Translations under genes and position numbers: made by a program
Assembly (NCBI RefSeq): GCF_021028975.2
Contig: NC_059425.1
Coordinates: 124,868,001 to 124,932,000, forward strand
DNA length: 64,000 nucleotides
Direction of reading: 5' to 3'
Source: Sphaerodactylus townsendi
Taxonomy: Eukaryota
Shown here: positions 48,001 through 62,289 of the stretch, one piece after another
How positions within the stretch are numbered: position 1 is the stretch's first letter
Layout of the letters: every line of letters begins with the position of its first letter
The notes under the pieces: generated by a model
The model's database searches: none
Seen by the model: the letters and a program-made list of their open reading frames with translations, nothing else
Told to the model about the DNA's origin: nothing

Positions 48001-51000
48001 TTTTAGTACATGGTCACCGTACTTGGAAATAAAGGTATCTAGAAGTCTATGGAACTTACTCCCGAGTAAACCTAGTAAATACCTGGCTTCACCTCAGAAC
48101 GATATCATATCTCTGACCAGTGATCCTTTTGAGTTTTACTGGCCAATAAATTCATATGAGCAAATGTAGTTTGTTTTTTTTTTTTAAAAAAAAGGTCAAA
48201 TGCTGCAAAGCAGAGGATAGAAAGTGCTTTTCCTTTCTGGCTGACAAACATTCTTCCAGCTCCCTGCATGTGAATGTAAAATTATGCTTTCTTTCCAAGC
48301 CCCCCCCCTCCCAACTCCTAACAGAAGGCCAGCCTGAAGCTATAGGTACAGTAGACAACACAATTCCTGCCATGGTGTGGGATATCTCTTCCACACTGCA
48401 AACTTACTCTCCCCTCCACAAGCCATGTGGCTCAGAAATGCCCATGTCACTTGTTCTCAGTCAGGTAAAAGGAGCTGAAAACAAGCAATTCTTTTGGACA
48501 GGACCAAGCAGCAATCATTCTGAATTACCTTTTCCTTTCTCTATTCAGGGTCTGAAAACAAAGATAGTCTGGGTAGTCAAGATTTGGGTAGTCAGCAACA
48601 TGTGTTGCTGAAAATCTGGCAAGTTTGTTGAAAAGATACTGGTAACTTGTGTAACTTCTCCACACCTCCTGCACATCATTTGGAAGATGAACCAGAAGGA
48701 GGGAGCATTTATATGTAATTGACAAATACCTTGTTTCTTTACTGGATCAGTTGAAAGCAAAATATCTTCCAGTTAGTTTTTAATTTTATTTTTTCCTGCA
48801 ACATTTTGAGGCCTTTTTTTGCATTTACATCATCTTAATATCATTGTATATGCCATTGTTTTTCAAACTGCTTTTACATAAATAGGAAGAATCTGTGACA
48901 GGAAATAGACTAAACCAAGGTACTAGCATGCCTACAGTGGGATTTGCTTTAAGAATAAAGCGAGTGACATTATGGGTATTTATTTACCATAGGTCCAGCG
49001 TGCTCGAATGAGAGCAGCACAGCCATTTTGACCTAGGATTATACTTCCAATAAATTAGTAGATTTCATGTGAATAAAACCTCCCCAACTTTTTGCAATAT
49101 GGCACCACTGCACACCAATTAATAGCCCTTAGATCCAAGGAACAATTGTTTTACATTCAGGAGCCAGAAGGCCAGAATCAGACTTTGACTGAAGTAGAAC
49201 ATGTTCATTGGCTTATTCACACAGAAAATAACACTAATTCCAGGAAGCATACGGAAGGGTTTTTGTTTGTTACTCATTACAGTCACTAATGACATTGGCA
49301 ACCACAGACAGCACTAAGAGGGGAGGAGAAATAAAAAGGGAACTAACCTGGACTTGAAGAGACTTTCCAGAATGATCTCATAGTCTTCTGAGGTACCTAG
49401 AAATCAGAGAGCTGCAGTCATTACCATGTTAATTTGGCTAGAGCACTGTATTTCATTACCTCTTCTCCAGTTTAATAGCTCATTAGAAGGCCATAAAATG
49501 CCAGTTCTTGACTCTATGAAGTGACCTGTAAACTTTTTAACAGGTTGAGACTTACCTAGCTCATCACAATTGGATAACCAGGTTGTATTCTAATCAGTCC
49601 AATGTACTGAAGGAAAAGGGCTTTTCACACTTTTGTCCTTTAAATGGATTTCTCCACAAAGCAAACTACCTCATGGTGCCTTGATTGCACAATGCATTAT
49701 TCACTTAATTGCACAAGCAATTCTTAAGTCTGCTGGTTGCTCATTCTCCAGTAGCACAATACACCATATAATAAGCATGTTACACACAATTCAAACATCC
49801 TAGAATGCACTTTGATCAAGTGCAGTAGCAATCCACATGGGAAGCAAAATTTAAACAACCATTTGTTTCTACTGAATATAGTTTGGATGAAGTCCGTGTG
49901 TTTATTTCATAGCCTTCAACAAACTGAAGAGGAAGTGGCTTGTTTTGTTGTCTAGTGCCTGTATATATCATTGTCCAATATTTATTTTGAAAAGTCAATA
50001 TGTTTAGAATGAAATGGTTCTCTTTTGGTTGTTTCTTCTTTTGAATAGCTGTACACTTTTTTAGACCATATTAAACTAGAACAGGGCATACACACCTCAG
50101 AAATTGACAGCATAAGAACCACTGCCCCAACCTTGCTTCTTCAAGTCAACACAGTTATAAACCTAACATACTTCAAGGTTTTCTTCTGGTGCTGTGAACC
50201 ATAACACTTTAAAATCTGAATTCTCTTTACTTCTTCCAGAAATCAATCAAGCAAAAAAACTTAGCTAAGAATCCCGACAGTTATGGCAATTCGATATTCT
50301 GTAAGTTGCTGTAAATACTTGTTTATTGTAATTGTTTGTTATTGAAGGTAATGGATAAATCTTATCACAGTACACATAAAGCTACATTCTTTAAGTCCAT
50401 ATTCAGTACGCACTAAAATCACATGTCTATTTTACTCCTGCATCTTGCAGATTACAGACACATAGTATCCTAGTATGTGTGAATTATACAGAAATATCTG
50501 ATGAGTGAATGGAGTTTGCTTTTCTCATTCTAAGAGCAAAAGTATGTGGATTACCACTAATGCTATTGCAAAAGAGACAGCATTACTCGATGATAATTTA
50601 TCTTCTGGGATATAAGCAACAGGTTTATTACTACAAATTCATCTTCACTGTATATCACTCACCAAGCAGAGCACTCAAGTTTAACTATGAATAATTAAAA
50701 ATGAGATACTTTTTTCTCATGAAACAGCTGAATTGTATTTAGGTGGTGGAAGCTCCACTATTTCATTCTTGTAAACAAGACAATCAACTTGCACAGTTTG
50801 GGTCCTGTCATTTGTTGTGGTTAAATCCTGCTACTATTAAGCTCCTGTTGCAATAATTCCTGGATGACTGATTTCCCTGCTCTTCATTCCAATTCATTAG
50901 TACTTAAAGTCTTCTCCCTTGTGCTTGTGTTGTGCCTGCCATTCATTATGCTCAGGTGTTTCACAATCACATCTGCCAGTCATTAGGCTAGCATGTTCCT

Positions 51001-54000
51001 GGACAGAGGCACTAGAAGTAAATCAAGAGGGAAGGGGGAAATCACCTGACAAGTGCAAAACCCTTTATTTCATGAACATGAGAATCTCAGTACAGTGGAT
51101 TTGAGGGCAGGGTTACTGGAATTTCACATTGTCATTTCCATGAAAAACTTAAGAACCTATGAGCAATGTGATAGAAACATTGACTATACCATCAGAGAAT
51201 ACAGGATTATCCAGCCTTGCTGAATCAAACACTAAATTTTAAGAGTTCTTACCAAAAAGCCTTTAGATGCCCCAAAATAAAAAAAATATATTTGTCAGCA
51301 AATAAGACATCACCATGCAAATGTTAACAGGTTTTTAAATCTCTAGCTTTGCCAAAGAAATTCTTGTAGGTAATTTTTTTTTAATTTTTTACAATATAAA
51401 ATATTTTTTACGAAAACCCAGTGCCTCACTTTTAGAAACTGAAGGTTTAATAGGAATTAATTGAAAGTATCAGAATTGCTGTATCTTGCTATAACTTATG
51501 TCTCTAGTACCTCTAGTAGTATTAAGTCATTCACTAGTAATGTGATTTTAGCCAAAATAATGCTGTTCCTCTAAATTAGTCTCCCTCTTGTAATTAATTT
51601 ACTCATTCCTAGAATAAAATTGTTAGTATTCTATTTATAAAAGCTTTTAAAATATTTACTTTCATCTTGAAAACAAAGTCTTTCAAAGAAGTAAATTCTT
51701 TCTAACACCTAGACTCTGAAAGTTAATTTTTAGAATTTTTTTAGAATTTCTGAAAACTTGTCACACTACTATTATTGCTATTGAAAGATATGGAACAATA
51801 AGTTTGGATTGTGTAAATGGGGCATTAATTTTTTTAACCATTTTTGCTTATTAAATTTTACTTTCTAGCACTTCATTTGAAGTTTGATGGACTGAAGGAA
51901 GTATCTGTTTATGATCATTTTGAAGTATAGAAGCCCATTTAAAACCAAACAAACTAAAAGCCCAGCATTCTCAAAAATTTTACATATTTAGGGCATTCTC
52001 CTTAGTACAAAGACACTTTAGTTCAGGGGGAAATAATTTTAAATATTTAAAGCCACCTTAGAAATTAACAGGACTTACTTGTAAGAGCTTTTTACTTAGG
52101 AATAAGTCTCTCAGTAAATTGATTATTATTTTGGCTGCTTTACACTTTTTATAACCTATGCGATTTCCCCACTGAACATAAGGCAAGATTTAATTGTATA
52201 TTCTTTCTTGGTTTGCTCTAGAATTATCAATTTGAAGTTTATTTTGTCAACTTGGTTTCTTGAATTATCCAAGGTATTCAGATAGATGAAGCCAATTTAT
52301 AATAGAATTGTGTTTTTAGCTTCAATCATATATGAATATACAATTCATTTTTATTGATTGCAAAGAATCCTATTTATTGCTCTGGAATATTTATAAAACT
52401 AGTAATACTGAGTCAAGAAGAAGGTCCAGTTCGCTTATTACACAGACTTATTCTACTAAAATTTTTCTAGTCTCCATAGAATTGACCCCAACATTTATTT
52501 AAATCAGCCTCTAAAACCAGATTCAGATATATCACAACTACTGAAAATCTTCCTAAGAGTGGCAACCATGTTTTATTATTATTTCTGAATGCCTGTTCAT
52601 AGAATCCACTTTTTCAGGTTAATTATTTTATTCAAAATTTATTATATTGTCTTCATTTAATTAGATTTCTATTTTTTGGTAGAACAAAAACACCAATGTC
52701 CTTTTAGCTCACAGTATGCTATCAGTGCTCCTAAGTTCTCTGTATTAAGAAAAAAACTTTTTGTGTTTTTATTAGAAAATTAATATGAACACTACACATC
52801 ACAATTTAGTATGTGAAAGCTCCAATTTGATTAACTTTAATTTTGAGCTATAAATAACATAATTTACCACAAGATTAACTATTCTACTAACAGCCTAAAT
52901 ATCACCCAGGAGTTACTGTAGTACAGTAGTGTAAAGCAATAAACAAAGATGCAAACTAAAACAAAAGTTTTGTATTATATTTTAAATCACACTAGGTGCA
53001 AAACTATCAAGCTAAATCTACTCATTTATAGCAGGCAGTTTTTAAGTGTTTATTTGAAGCATTTTATCATTGGTGTTCTGTTTGATACATTAAAATAGTT
53101 TGGAAGGGAAGAGTATTTTTTCCTTCAGATAGAAGATTTATTTGACTATCTGTGTACTATGTGAACTGCTACAAATTCTGTGAACACCACATTTCTTATA
53201 AAGATAACTTACCTTGTACAAGATTTAAGGTATCTTGGCAGAACAAAACACCAATGTTTACTATTGTTTCAGCTCTTAACAATTTACTGGAGGGCAGGGT
53301 TTACCATCAATCACTTATGAATGTTTGATTTCTAGTAGGACAACACTTTTACATAGTAGGCAATACTGTATAAATAAATTATCAAGTTTACCTCCTTTAA
53401 AAACGCATTTATAAATATTTTCAGTTTAGTCACTAACCAAGAGCGAACTTTTGGACATGATTTTACATGTTAATGATACATGTTCACAATAATAACCTGT
53501 GAAAACATCATTCAAACTCATTCTTCAAGAAAAATACCTCCATTAACATTACAGTCAGAATAGCTCCAATTTATAATTTTCCCACAGCACAGTTTTTTTT
53601 AAAAAAACAGAACTGTAAGCCATATGGTTTTTTGAACATGTTTTATTCTATTTAATATTTCTACTTTATTTAATATTTAATTTATTCTATTTAATAAAAG
53701 CTAATATGTGAAATAAGATATGAATATTGAATGTTTTTAAATAAAAACAAACATAATACATACTGTGCTAACAGTATTCAGAAACATCCTTATAACAAAG
53801 GAAAACAACAATTTTTGAAGCAGTTTCCAGTTCCCAAGAAACTACATCAATGCTTAACACATTATCTTCAGTTTAAAAAAACCCTTCAAAAAAGTAACGA
53901 TGTCCCAAATTTCTGGATTTTAGATACAAAATTAGATGGACCCACAAATTTTGTCGGTACTGGATATATTGTGACTACGCATGATCTTTGTAGTACTAGT

Positions 54001-57000
54001 ATGAGGACAAGATTCCTACGTGGCACAATACGCATGTACACACACATACTTTGAGAAGAAAATTTATACAAATTAGTTCAAAACTTAAAACTAAAATTAT
54101 TCCTTGGGAAACTGTTAAAACCTGAATTGCTGGGTTAAAGCACATCAGAGGGCTCTTTTTATATAGATAAGCTTTTGTTCAAGCATAAGGCTAAGTAAAA
54201 ACTGATCGCTTGAAAATGAGCTGTGTGACCTTTGTCTTGATGTGTCACCTTTGGCCTTTAATTTGAAGATCCTGGATATCAATTCATTCTATTTTTAGAA
54301 ACAAGATGCCCAAAGTCATGTGTTAAGTATTTTTAATACATCAGAAAAAATGAGGCAGAATCCATTTAAGTGAATTACCACAGAGGTACTTTCCAGGAAA
54401 AAAAAACCCCACAGCTATTCTACAAATGATTTGTTTGTCCAAAAAATATTTTACATAAAAAATTCAGGAACACACATTAAGTTTTCATCATGCACTGCTT
54501 CAGCCTGCCATTGTTTAACTGTTGTATCACCAAATTATGCCGCTTAAATTTCACATAGGCTTTAATCAGCAATCACATATCAGTTAGAGTAAAAACTATT
54601 AATTTTCAAAAGCAATTGTTGCCACAAATTTAGTATAATGAATAAAAAAGCTTTAAATTAGCTTCTGGTGAAGAAATACTAGTGTATTGTGAATACACAC
54701 AGTGTTCAGCTGAAGCTGCAGGCATTGCAAATATGATTTTATAAAAGCCAACTTGTCTGCAGTAGTTTGTGAAATACTGGAAATAAAATGGATACAGTGA
54801 CTATCCTAGTAAGTCAAGCAATTACTAGTTGGAGATTCTCAACTGAACATTTTGATCAAGATGGCTGTCTTGATTCAGCACTTTGGCCAGCAACATCATA
54901 TATGTCATAGGAGCTGATATGTACACCCATTAATATTTCTGCAAATCAAAGCTAGGTTTATGTATTGTATTTAATTATTTAAAACAGAACTCTTTTAAAC
55001 ATACTGACAATATAAAATGTCTAAATAAATTAGGACCCATGATAACACAATCATTATTAAACATGGCTTCTAGAATGTGCCTTCTAGCATACTATAATAA
55101 GGAGACCTCGTGTAATGCTTAAGCCATCAAGTGATTCCTTTTCAAGGCAGATCATCTAAAATAAGCCACAGAAAGCCTTCAGGGGAAAAAAAAACAGGAA
55201 CACTTTAATGGTTTAGCATTTTCAATATGTTCTTCTGAGACGTAATCTGATAACGTTGCTTATGGGGGCTGGTACTGCATCCCAGCAATACCATGGTGAA
55301 AATACGGGCCTTGACAGAGACGATGGTTGCTTTTTGCTCACATCTGAAATTCAACACTCATCACCTGAAGGGCTGAACCACTTGAGGAGTACTTGAGCCT
55401 TTCGTTTTAGCATGCACTTTATATAGAATATTTAAAATAATGAGCACTAATCTTCCAGGAACCATGAAAATTTGGCTGAAATTTGATAATATGGCATAGT
55501 GGGATAATAAAGAATGATGCTCTTGCTATTTAGTCTCTTTTGTTAAATTGTAATAGTCAAAATACAGGTGTAAGTGGTTCTCATGCAAATTAAGGATTGC
55601 AATTTGACATCATGGTAGTTTTTGCAGGGGACAGTATGTTTAAGGATTTAGCTCCATGTTATGTATAATATTTTAAGTCTTAATACTGAAGTTATTCAGT
55701 ATTAAGATAAATTGTTTTCTTTGCAGCGGTCATTTTGTTCTTCAGAGCAACACCTCAGTATTAGACAACAGTATTAGCCACCTGTTTTCTACATGGCACT
55801 GCTGCATTACTGCATTACATTTTACCACCTGCCAGTTCTTAACAGCCAATCTGCTTGTCTGCTTCAAATAGACGTCTGTTTGATTGACATTTCATTAATT
55901 AAGAAGAACTGTTACGGAAAGCTGTTTAGACAGTGGCAGTCATGCAATGATTTTTAAGGCATCTAATACTTTAAAGCTGATTTATAATTAATAGAAATTT
56001 CCAGAGGTAGAATATCTGATAAACAATTGCCTTGAAGCTGGTATATATGTTAAGATTTGCATTTTGAACAGGTAAGTACATAACATGTTTTGAGAATAAA
56101 TTCAGCAGTACATCGTTTTAATCAAGCTTATATATTTATTATATAGATAATTCCACAATGCTGTAAGAAGCTTGGGACATGCCAGTTAAGTGCACTGAAG
56201 AAGAAAACCCACATTTAGTTCTGTCTTCGTTACTCATTAGTGGCTATGCAAGCAAGAAATTAGATGCACACAGCTTTAATGGCCAGGAAACTTTTAATCA
56301 CACTCTCTCAGGAGACAAACAAGTGAGACAGAAACCAGCCTATTTAAGAGCCATAAAGTCTTGTAGTGAAGACCTAGTCATCAATATGAACACCCTTAAA
56401 TATTTTATGGATTAAGGTAATAAAGTATTCCATTGTACTGTCTACTTAGAGTGTGAAGCATTTTAACAGATTTCCATCGAACAGTTCTGACTAAATCTCC
56501 ATCAGCCTTAGAAACCATGCAACAGAAACCATGCATTTTAGGTTCTTTATTTTCCCCTTCTATTACATGCCATCAATACAACCAGCTTCACAAGACATTT
56601 ATACTTCTGGCTCCATTGTACAGGAGTCATGCACAGAATCCTCTTGCACCCGGCAGCACTGGGAACAAATCTAAGAAAGCAAGAACACAAAGAGGCGTGG
56701 GGGAGGGAAAGCAAAGAAACAGCGTAAGATCTAGGATTTCATTTTCTAGTCTGTTACATGAAACGGCTCAAAATGGCGGCCTATTACTTACATTTTAAAG
56801 CCCCACAGAGAGGACCCCGACTTATACAAAGATCAAGTAACGGCACGCTTGTCCCTTCCCCCACAACCGCTACAAAGGGCAAGAATAGTTACCCAGGAAC
56901 ATTTTAAATATTAGCCTCTTTGGGTCACAAATCCACGAAAGAGAATGCCATCCTCTGCTCTTGCAGTCAGTTTAAGAGCTCACGCCCTGCTTAGCAAACC

Positions 57001-57519
57001 ATCTAGTTGTCCATCTCTCTCTTTCTCTTCTCGCTCCTTATCTTAGCATCCAAATACACAATCTGTCGCTTCTGGCTCGTTCTCCCGCCGCCAAAAGTTC
57101 TGTCTCGGGTTAATCCCCTTTAGGCTCTTCCTTTCCTCGCTACCATAAGATTAGTTGCTTTTTGCACATATAAAGCAAGACCTCTGCGCAACAAGGCGGG
57201 GGTGGGTGGGGAGAGACAAGAGGCAAACGGAGTGGGGGAAATAAGGAAAGGGTGCGATGCCCCCTGGCGTCCAGTTAAGGTAGCACGACCTGCAGGTACC
57301 TCTGGCTCTCTTAAGCGAGTAAGTTGCTACAACCATTCTGCAAGCCAAATGCAGCTCAGCAGCCCTCGTGCACGGGGCGGGAAACGTCTTGTTTCTATTC
57401 CATTGCTTTGAAAAGAGAGTCAATCTGCAGGGCTGAGTTTAAAGGTTCGATAAGGGGAAGGAAGGAGGAAAAAAAGGTGTGAACCCGGAAGTACACCCAC
57501 CTGCTCAGCATCCCATCGG

Positions 57520-58220
57520 CAAACACAGAATCCCCCACGCCTCCCCAGCAACTTTTCCTTGTTAGGAAAAAAAAAGCCATACACCCCTCCTTTGAGAAAG
57601 GTGCCCGCGGCAGAGAAGGCGCTCGCTTACCTTCCTCGCGCCATGGTGGCTGGGCTCGTGCGCCTTAGGCGTGAAAAATGGACGGGAGACTCTCGGAGGG
57701 ACGCGGGGTGGGCGGGGAGTGAGGGATGGGTGGGTGCGTGGGTGGGTGGAGGGGGAAGGAGGAGCAGAGATGCCCGCGTTGCCTGCCGGCGCCGAGGCAC
57801 CAGCCACTAACTTGGCGCCGCCGTGGGCGCCCACCTGCTTAAGCCCACCCGCCCGCTGGTCCCATTGGCCGCGCCAGCCGCCGCGAGCAAGAAAGTCCGC
57901 CCTCGAGCGGCTGACTTGCCAAACGCAGGGCGCAGATTCTCCGCACTGGCGTCAAGCTCCCCGCCCCGCGAAACCACGCCCCCCCCAGGCGGCCCCGGCA
58001 GCTGTTCGCGTTCCCGCAGGAGGCAGGTAAGCCCGTGCGGGTCAAAGACTGGCCCGAACCTCTTCCTTCTGGCTTCTCTTTCTTGTGAGTTTCGCACGGA
58101 GCCACACACCTCCCACCCAGGTTGCAGATCGCGACTGTTTATCGAGAAGCTAGGCTAAGGCTGGCTAGCAACGTATCCTGGTTCAGCGGTAGACGTCTGC
58201 TTTGCGAGCGGGAGGATCCA
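57520..58220. promoter_or_regulatory. Distal CpG island, putative bidirectional promoter about 16 kb upstream of LIN28B
   Basis: CpG-dense, with GC boxes and ATTGG (CCAAT) at about 57864. Outward-facing donors: AG|GTAAGC on minus (57630) and CAG|GTAAGC on plus (58027). Confidence 0.75.
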
Positions 58221-59549
58221 GGACAGGTCCAGTCTTAAAAGCATCCTAGAGAGCTGCTGCCAACCAAATGAGGCCATGCTGACCTTTAGTTTGAGGTCAG
58301 CTTCATGTGTCCATACTAGAAACCGGGGGGAAAGAAAGGCTTAGAAAAGAGTCCTTTCTTGATGTTTGTTGGCACAGTGTAGTGTCCATCCTGCCACTTC
58401 TCCTGGTTATGAGCTTTTTTTTTTAAAAAAAGGACTTGTTTATTTCAAAGGTATGCAGCTGACTTACTGAGTCAGAGACCACCATTTCGCATCGACAACT
58501 ATTTCAAGCGAACCATCACACAGATTTTTCACAGCCCCAGGAATTTTTTAGCTAGGGATACTGGGAACCGAACCTGAGAGCAAAGGAGGTGCTCTTAAAA
58601 ACGCTACACTCCTAGTATGGACTTTTTAACCTTACTGAGATGCTTGCCTTCCTCAGCAAAACTCTCCCTAGCAAACCCCTTCCAAAATGTGAAATGGTAG
58701 TCTTGAAGTCCTGATAGACTTGAAATATAAATTCAAAAATATTAATATAATTTACTCCATTCCAATCAGAAATCATCAGCTCTTAAAAAAAAACATTTAA
58801 ACCAAAAAGTCTATCTGGATTTCCAGTTAATAATAAACTTAGAGAAGTTCTTTAATCAGAGGAGCATACTTAGCCACCTCAGCTAGTTCCAATATTTTCA
58901 CAAGCCATTCTTCTACTATGGGTACGAATGAAGTTTTCCATTAAAAAATATTTTATTAGATTTAATATCCTGCCCTTTCATGGCACGGGGCTAGGCACAT
59001 ATTTTTGTTGCCAATGTTATATATAAAAACATAATTTTTCAAATTGTCTGTTTATAAGACCCCAAAGGAAAGTTTCTGGTTTCATTTGTATATTGGTCTT
59101 TAAAATCTTCTGGATTACTGAATATATCAAATAAATTTTTTTTTGCTTTATTACAAGTCCACCATTAATGGCAAAATGACCCTTCACGGTGTTCGTATTT
59201 CCAGCACACATTCAGAATATTTCTCCCGTGGCAAATGCCAATGATACATCACTTTCTAGAAATTCTCTTTGAGAATGAATGTAAATTTAAGACCGCTTAA
59301 CCACATATGGGTCTTTTCTGTATGAATTGTTTACAATGTATCATATTTTCGAATGCTACTTTTTCCCTTTAAATTCTGCACTAGTGGTAAAGCCCATTTG
59401 ATGGTGAAATAAAATGGGCTCTAGAGGGGGGAAGAATTAATATATAGTTAATAAATGAACAGTCTCCTTGCCCCTCCCTGCAACCCTTAAGGAGTTGCTC
59501 CACCCCACAGTGGGGTTTCATTGAATCCATCGGCCAGGCATCCCAGATA

Positions 59550-59920
59550 GAATTGCCAGTCTCTGGGTGTGGCTGGAGATCTCCCCCTATTACAACTGAT
59601 CTCCATGCAACATAGATCAGCTCACCTGGAGAAAATGGCTGCTTTGGCACAATACCCCACTGAAGTCCCCCCCCTTTACACAGACCTCAGGCTCCACTCC
59701 CCAAATCCCCTTCCTAACCCAGAGCTGGCAGTCGTTGATTTGGGAGACCCAGATTCAAAGCCTCACTCTACCATGGAAATATGCTGGATGACTTTGGCCA
59801 GACACACACTCTCAATCTTACCCACCTCACAGGGCTGTTGTGAAGACAAAATTGAAAGGAGGAAAATGATGGACGCTGCTTTGGGTTCCCAGTGGGGGAA
59901 AGGTAAACGAAGCAAATAAA
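59550..59920 (+). mobile_element. MITE fragment followed by Squam3-like SINE
   Basis: First half matches 35410-35598. Second half has a tRNA-like B-box remnant (gagacccagattcaaa) and cacctcacagggctgttgtga. Confidence 0.65.
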
Positions 59921-62289
59921 TCATTACATAAAACTAAGCTAATAACATCTTCTCTTGTCAATGGGGAGAACGGGAGGGGCTAGGGGAGAAAAGATTAAAA
60001 CATTGTCCAGGGGTGGGGGAAGGGGCTTGAGAGAAAGGTAGGAACATTGTCAATGGGAAGAAAGGGTGGGGGTGGGGGAGGTAAAATGTTGTAGATGGGG
60101 AGATGGATCAAGGAAGTGGACTGGTGACAAACTCTGCAGGGCAGTGGGTGGCAAGGCAATGCTGCCCCTCTGGACCTGGCACTGCCAACTAATCGCTTCA
60201 CAGGACTCACTTCCATGATTGGACTCTGTCCATGATTGGACAGAGCATGATTGGAAGTGAGCATGCACACCAATTGGTTAGGAGTGAGTCATTTACTTGT
60301 TCCATGTATTAGCCAATTATGTATTAGCATATTTTCCCCTCTGGTTCTGGAAATTCTTTCCCTTCATTTTTCCTCTGTTGCTCCCCAAACACTTTTACTG
60401 TGACTTTTAAAAATATATTTCCAAGTCAGCTTCCCTTGAGTTCACAATCATGTTTGAAAATTGTCTTATTTTTCTGCCCACCAAACACCTGGTCCTTATC
60501 TACAGCTCTGTGTAGTCGCCCAACCCCCCCCCCCCCTTAGCCATTTTTTTCTCCCTCTCCTTCGCTTTCAACAGAATTTTTATTATTATTATTCTTTGTC
60601 ATATTGCAGTAGTGATGAAACCTTAGGGCACAGATACATGGCAGGGCAATTCTATCAGCTTTGTCAATTTCATCTTGAATTAGTAATGTAACATTAAGGT
60701 GAAGATGCACTGTGTCCAGAGTTAGGAGCAAGTGAAATTGACAAGGGAAGCTGCTTTAGCAGGAGAAAATTGACAAGAGATTGCCACAATAATGGCAATG
60801 TTATAGCAGCTCCAATCTGTCTGAAAAATGTGGTTCTTTGTGAAGGAGTGTGTGTGCGCTGTGTTTTTGTGCTTTCAGGTGATGGGCCTGTTGTTTTGGC
60901 TTTCATTTTGTGTTGGGAGTTTTCAAAAATAGAAATGGAGGCTGAGATATTTTTGCCGTGCCATTTAGAAATGTAAGTGTAAAATAACACTAGAGTGCCT
61001 GTGCTAAAGAAAAAAAAGAAGGGAATTGTTCTTCTGCATCACAGATGACATCGCACCACTATCTGGAATCATATGTTTTCAGCAGTAGCATATGGAATAA
61101 ATGCAACTGAAGAGACAAGGTGGGAAAACCCAAAATGACTGCTGAAGGAAGTGTTCAGAATGTTTTCACGGAAAAAATTTCTAAGACCCAAGGTCTGACT
61201 GCTGGGGAAGTCTGTGGTACACTATGAATGCAGAAAAGGCCATTCTCCCTTGGATCCATCTGTATATTATGCCCAATGTTACTAGCCCATGTTATCTTTC
61301 AATCTTTCACTTGTTTAAATTTTCAGTAGAAGCTTATATCTTTTGGTAGCAACATGAGCATCATTCTTACATTGTTCTACTTCAAATTCAGTCTTAAATA
61401 TTAAAAACTATGAGATCTTTTAAATCTATTTTGACCCTAATAACTGTGCATACAAAAACCAATGACAGGTAAGTCCTGCTACTAGATTTTCTCTTGGTTT
61501 CATTTTGCATTCCAGTTGAAAATATCTATGCAAGTTTGCAGTAACTCTATAACAGCCCCATGGGGGGGGGGGGCAAATTCCCTTCTGGAGCCTGGTGTCC
61601 ACCCTGCTGGTGCAAGGGGCAAATATGCCAATGAAGGGGCAACTTACCTAGGTGGCTGGGTGCAGAGCATCTTTGTGGTGCCTGACCTGGAAACTGCTCA
61701 TTGTCCCTAGGCCCACAAGCACAAAAAGCTGCACTGCATGGCCAAGGGCGTTCCAGGGCTTGATCAGGGAGATGGGGGTGTGTGGAATGGAGCTGATCTT
61801 AGCTTCCTCCTTACCTTTGCCTGTCAGAATGTTAGTGCAGGAAGTTTGGGCTTTGTTACAACTTTTGGGCGGTGTAAGCCCATCGAGTCTATTGGGGAGC
61901 TGTTGGGCAGTGGGGAGGCTTTTTTTGTTTGTTTCATGCCTCCCTGCTCTGTGGAAAAGCACTTCTGGGCTTTTGATGGGGCTGTGAGAATAAGAGTTGG
62001 CTTTTATATCTGGCTTTTTTCTGTGCCATAAGGAGTCTCAAAGCAGCTTACAATTGCCTCCCCTCCCCTCACCATTTTCATCATGATGTCTGAGTACAGG
62101 AATTTCAGCTTAATTGTGACTTGTCAGGTAACTGTCTCCCTGGGGACAACATCACAGCAGCAAAGTGGCAATAATATCTTACTGTTCAGTTCTCATTGAG
62201 CACTCTCCAGAATATGCTTGCCACCTATTTTAGCATTTCACTGAGTCAGCCTCTGTTCTTTTCCCTGTCCATTCTCAGGAGAACACCCA

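Noticed and set aside
61469-61515. GTAAGT...polypyrimidine-CAG looking like a plus-strand mini-intron
   Set aside because: 47 nt is below the usual vertebrate minimum. The sites, like the acceptor near 63947, could belong to an antisense lncRNA, but nothing here supports that.
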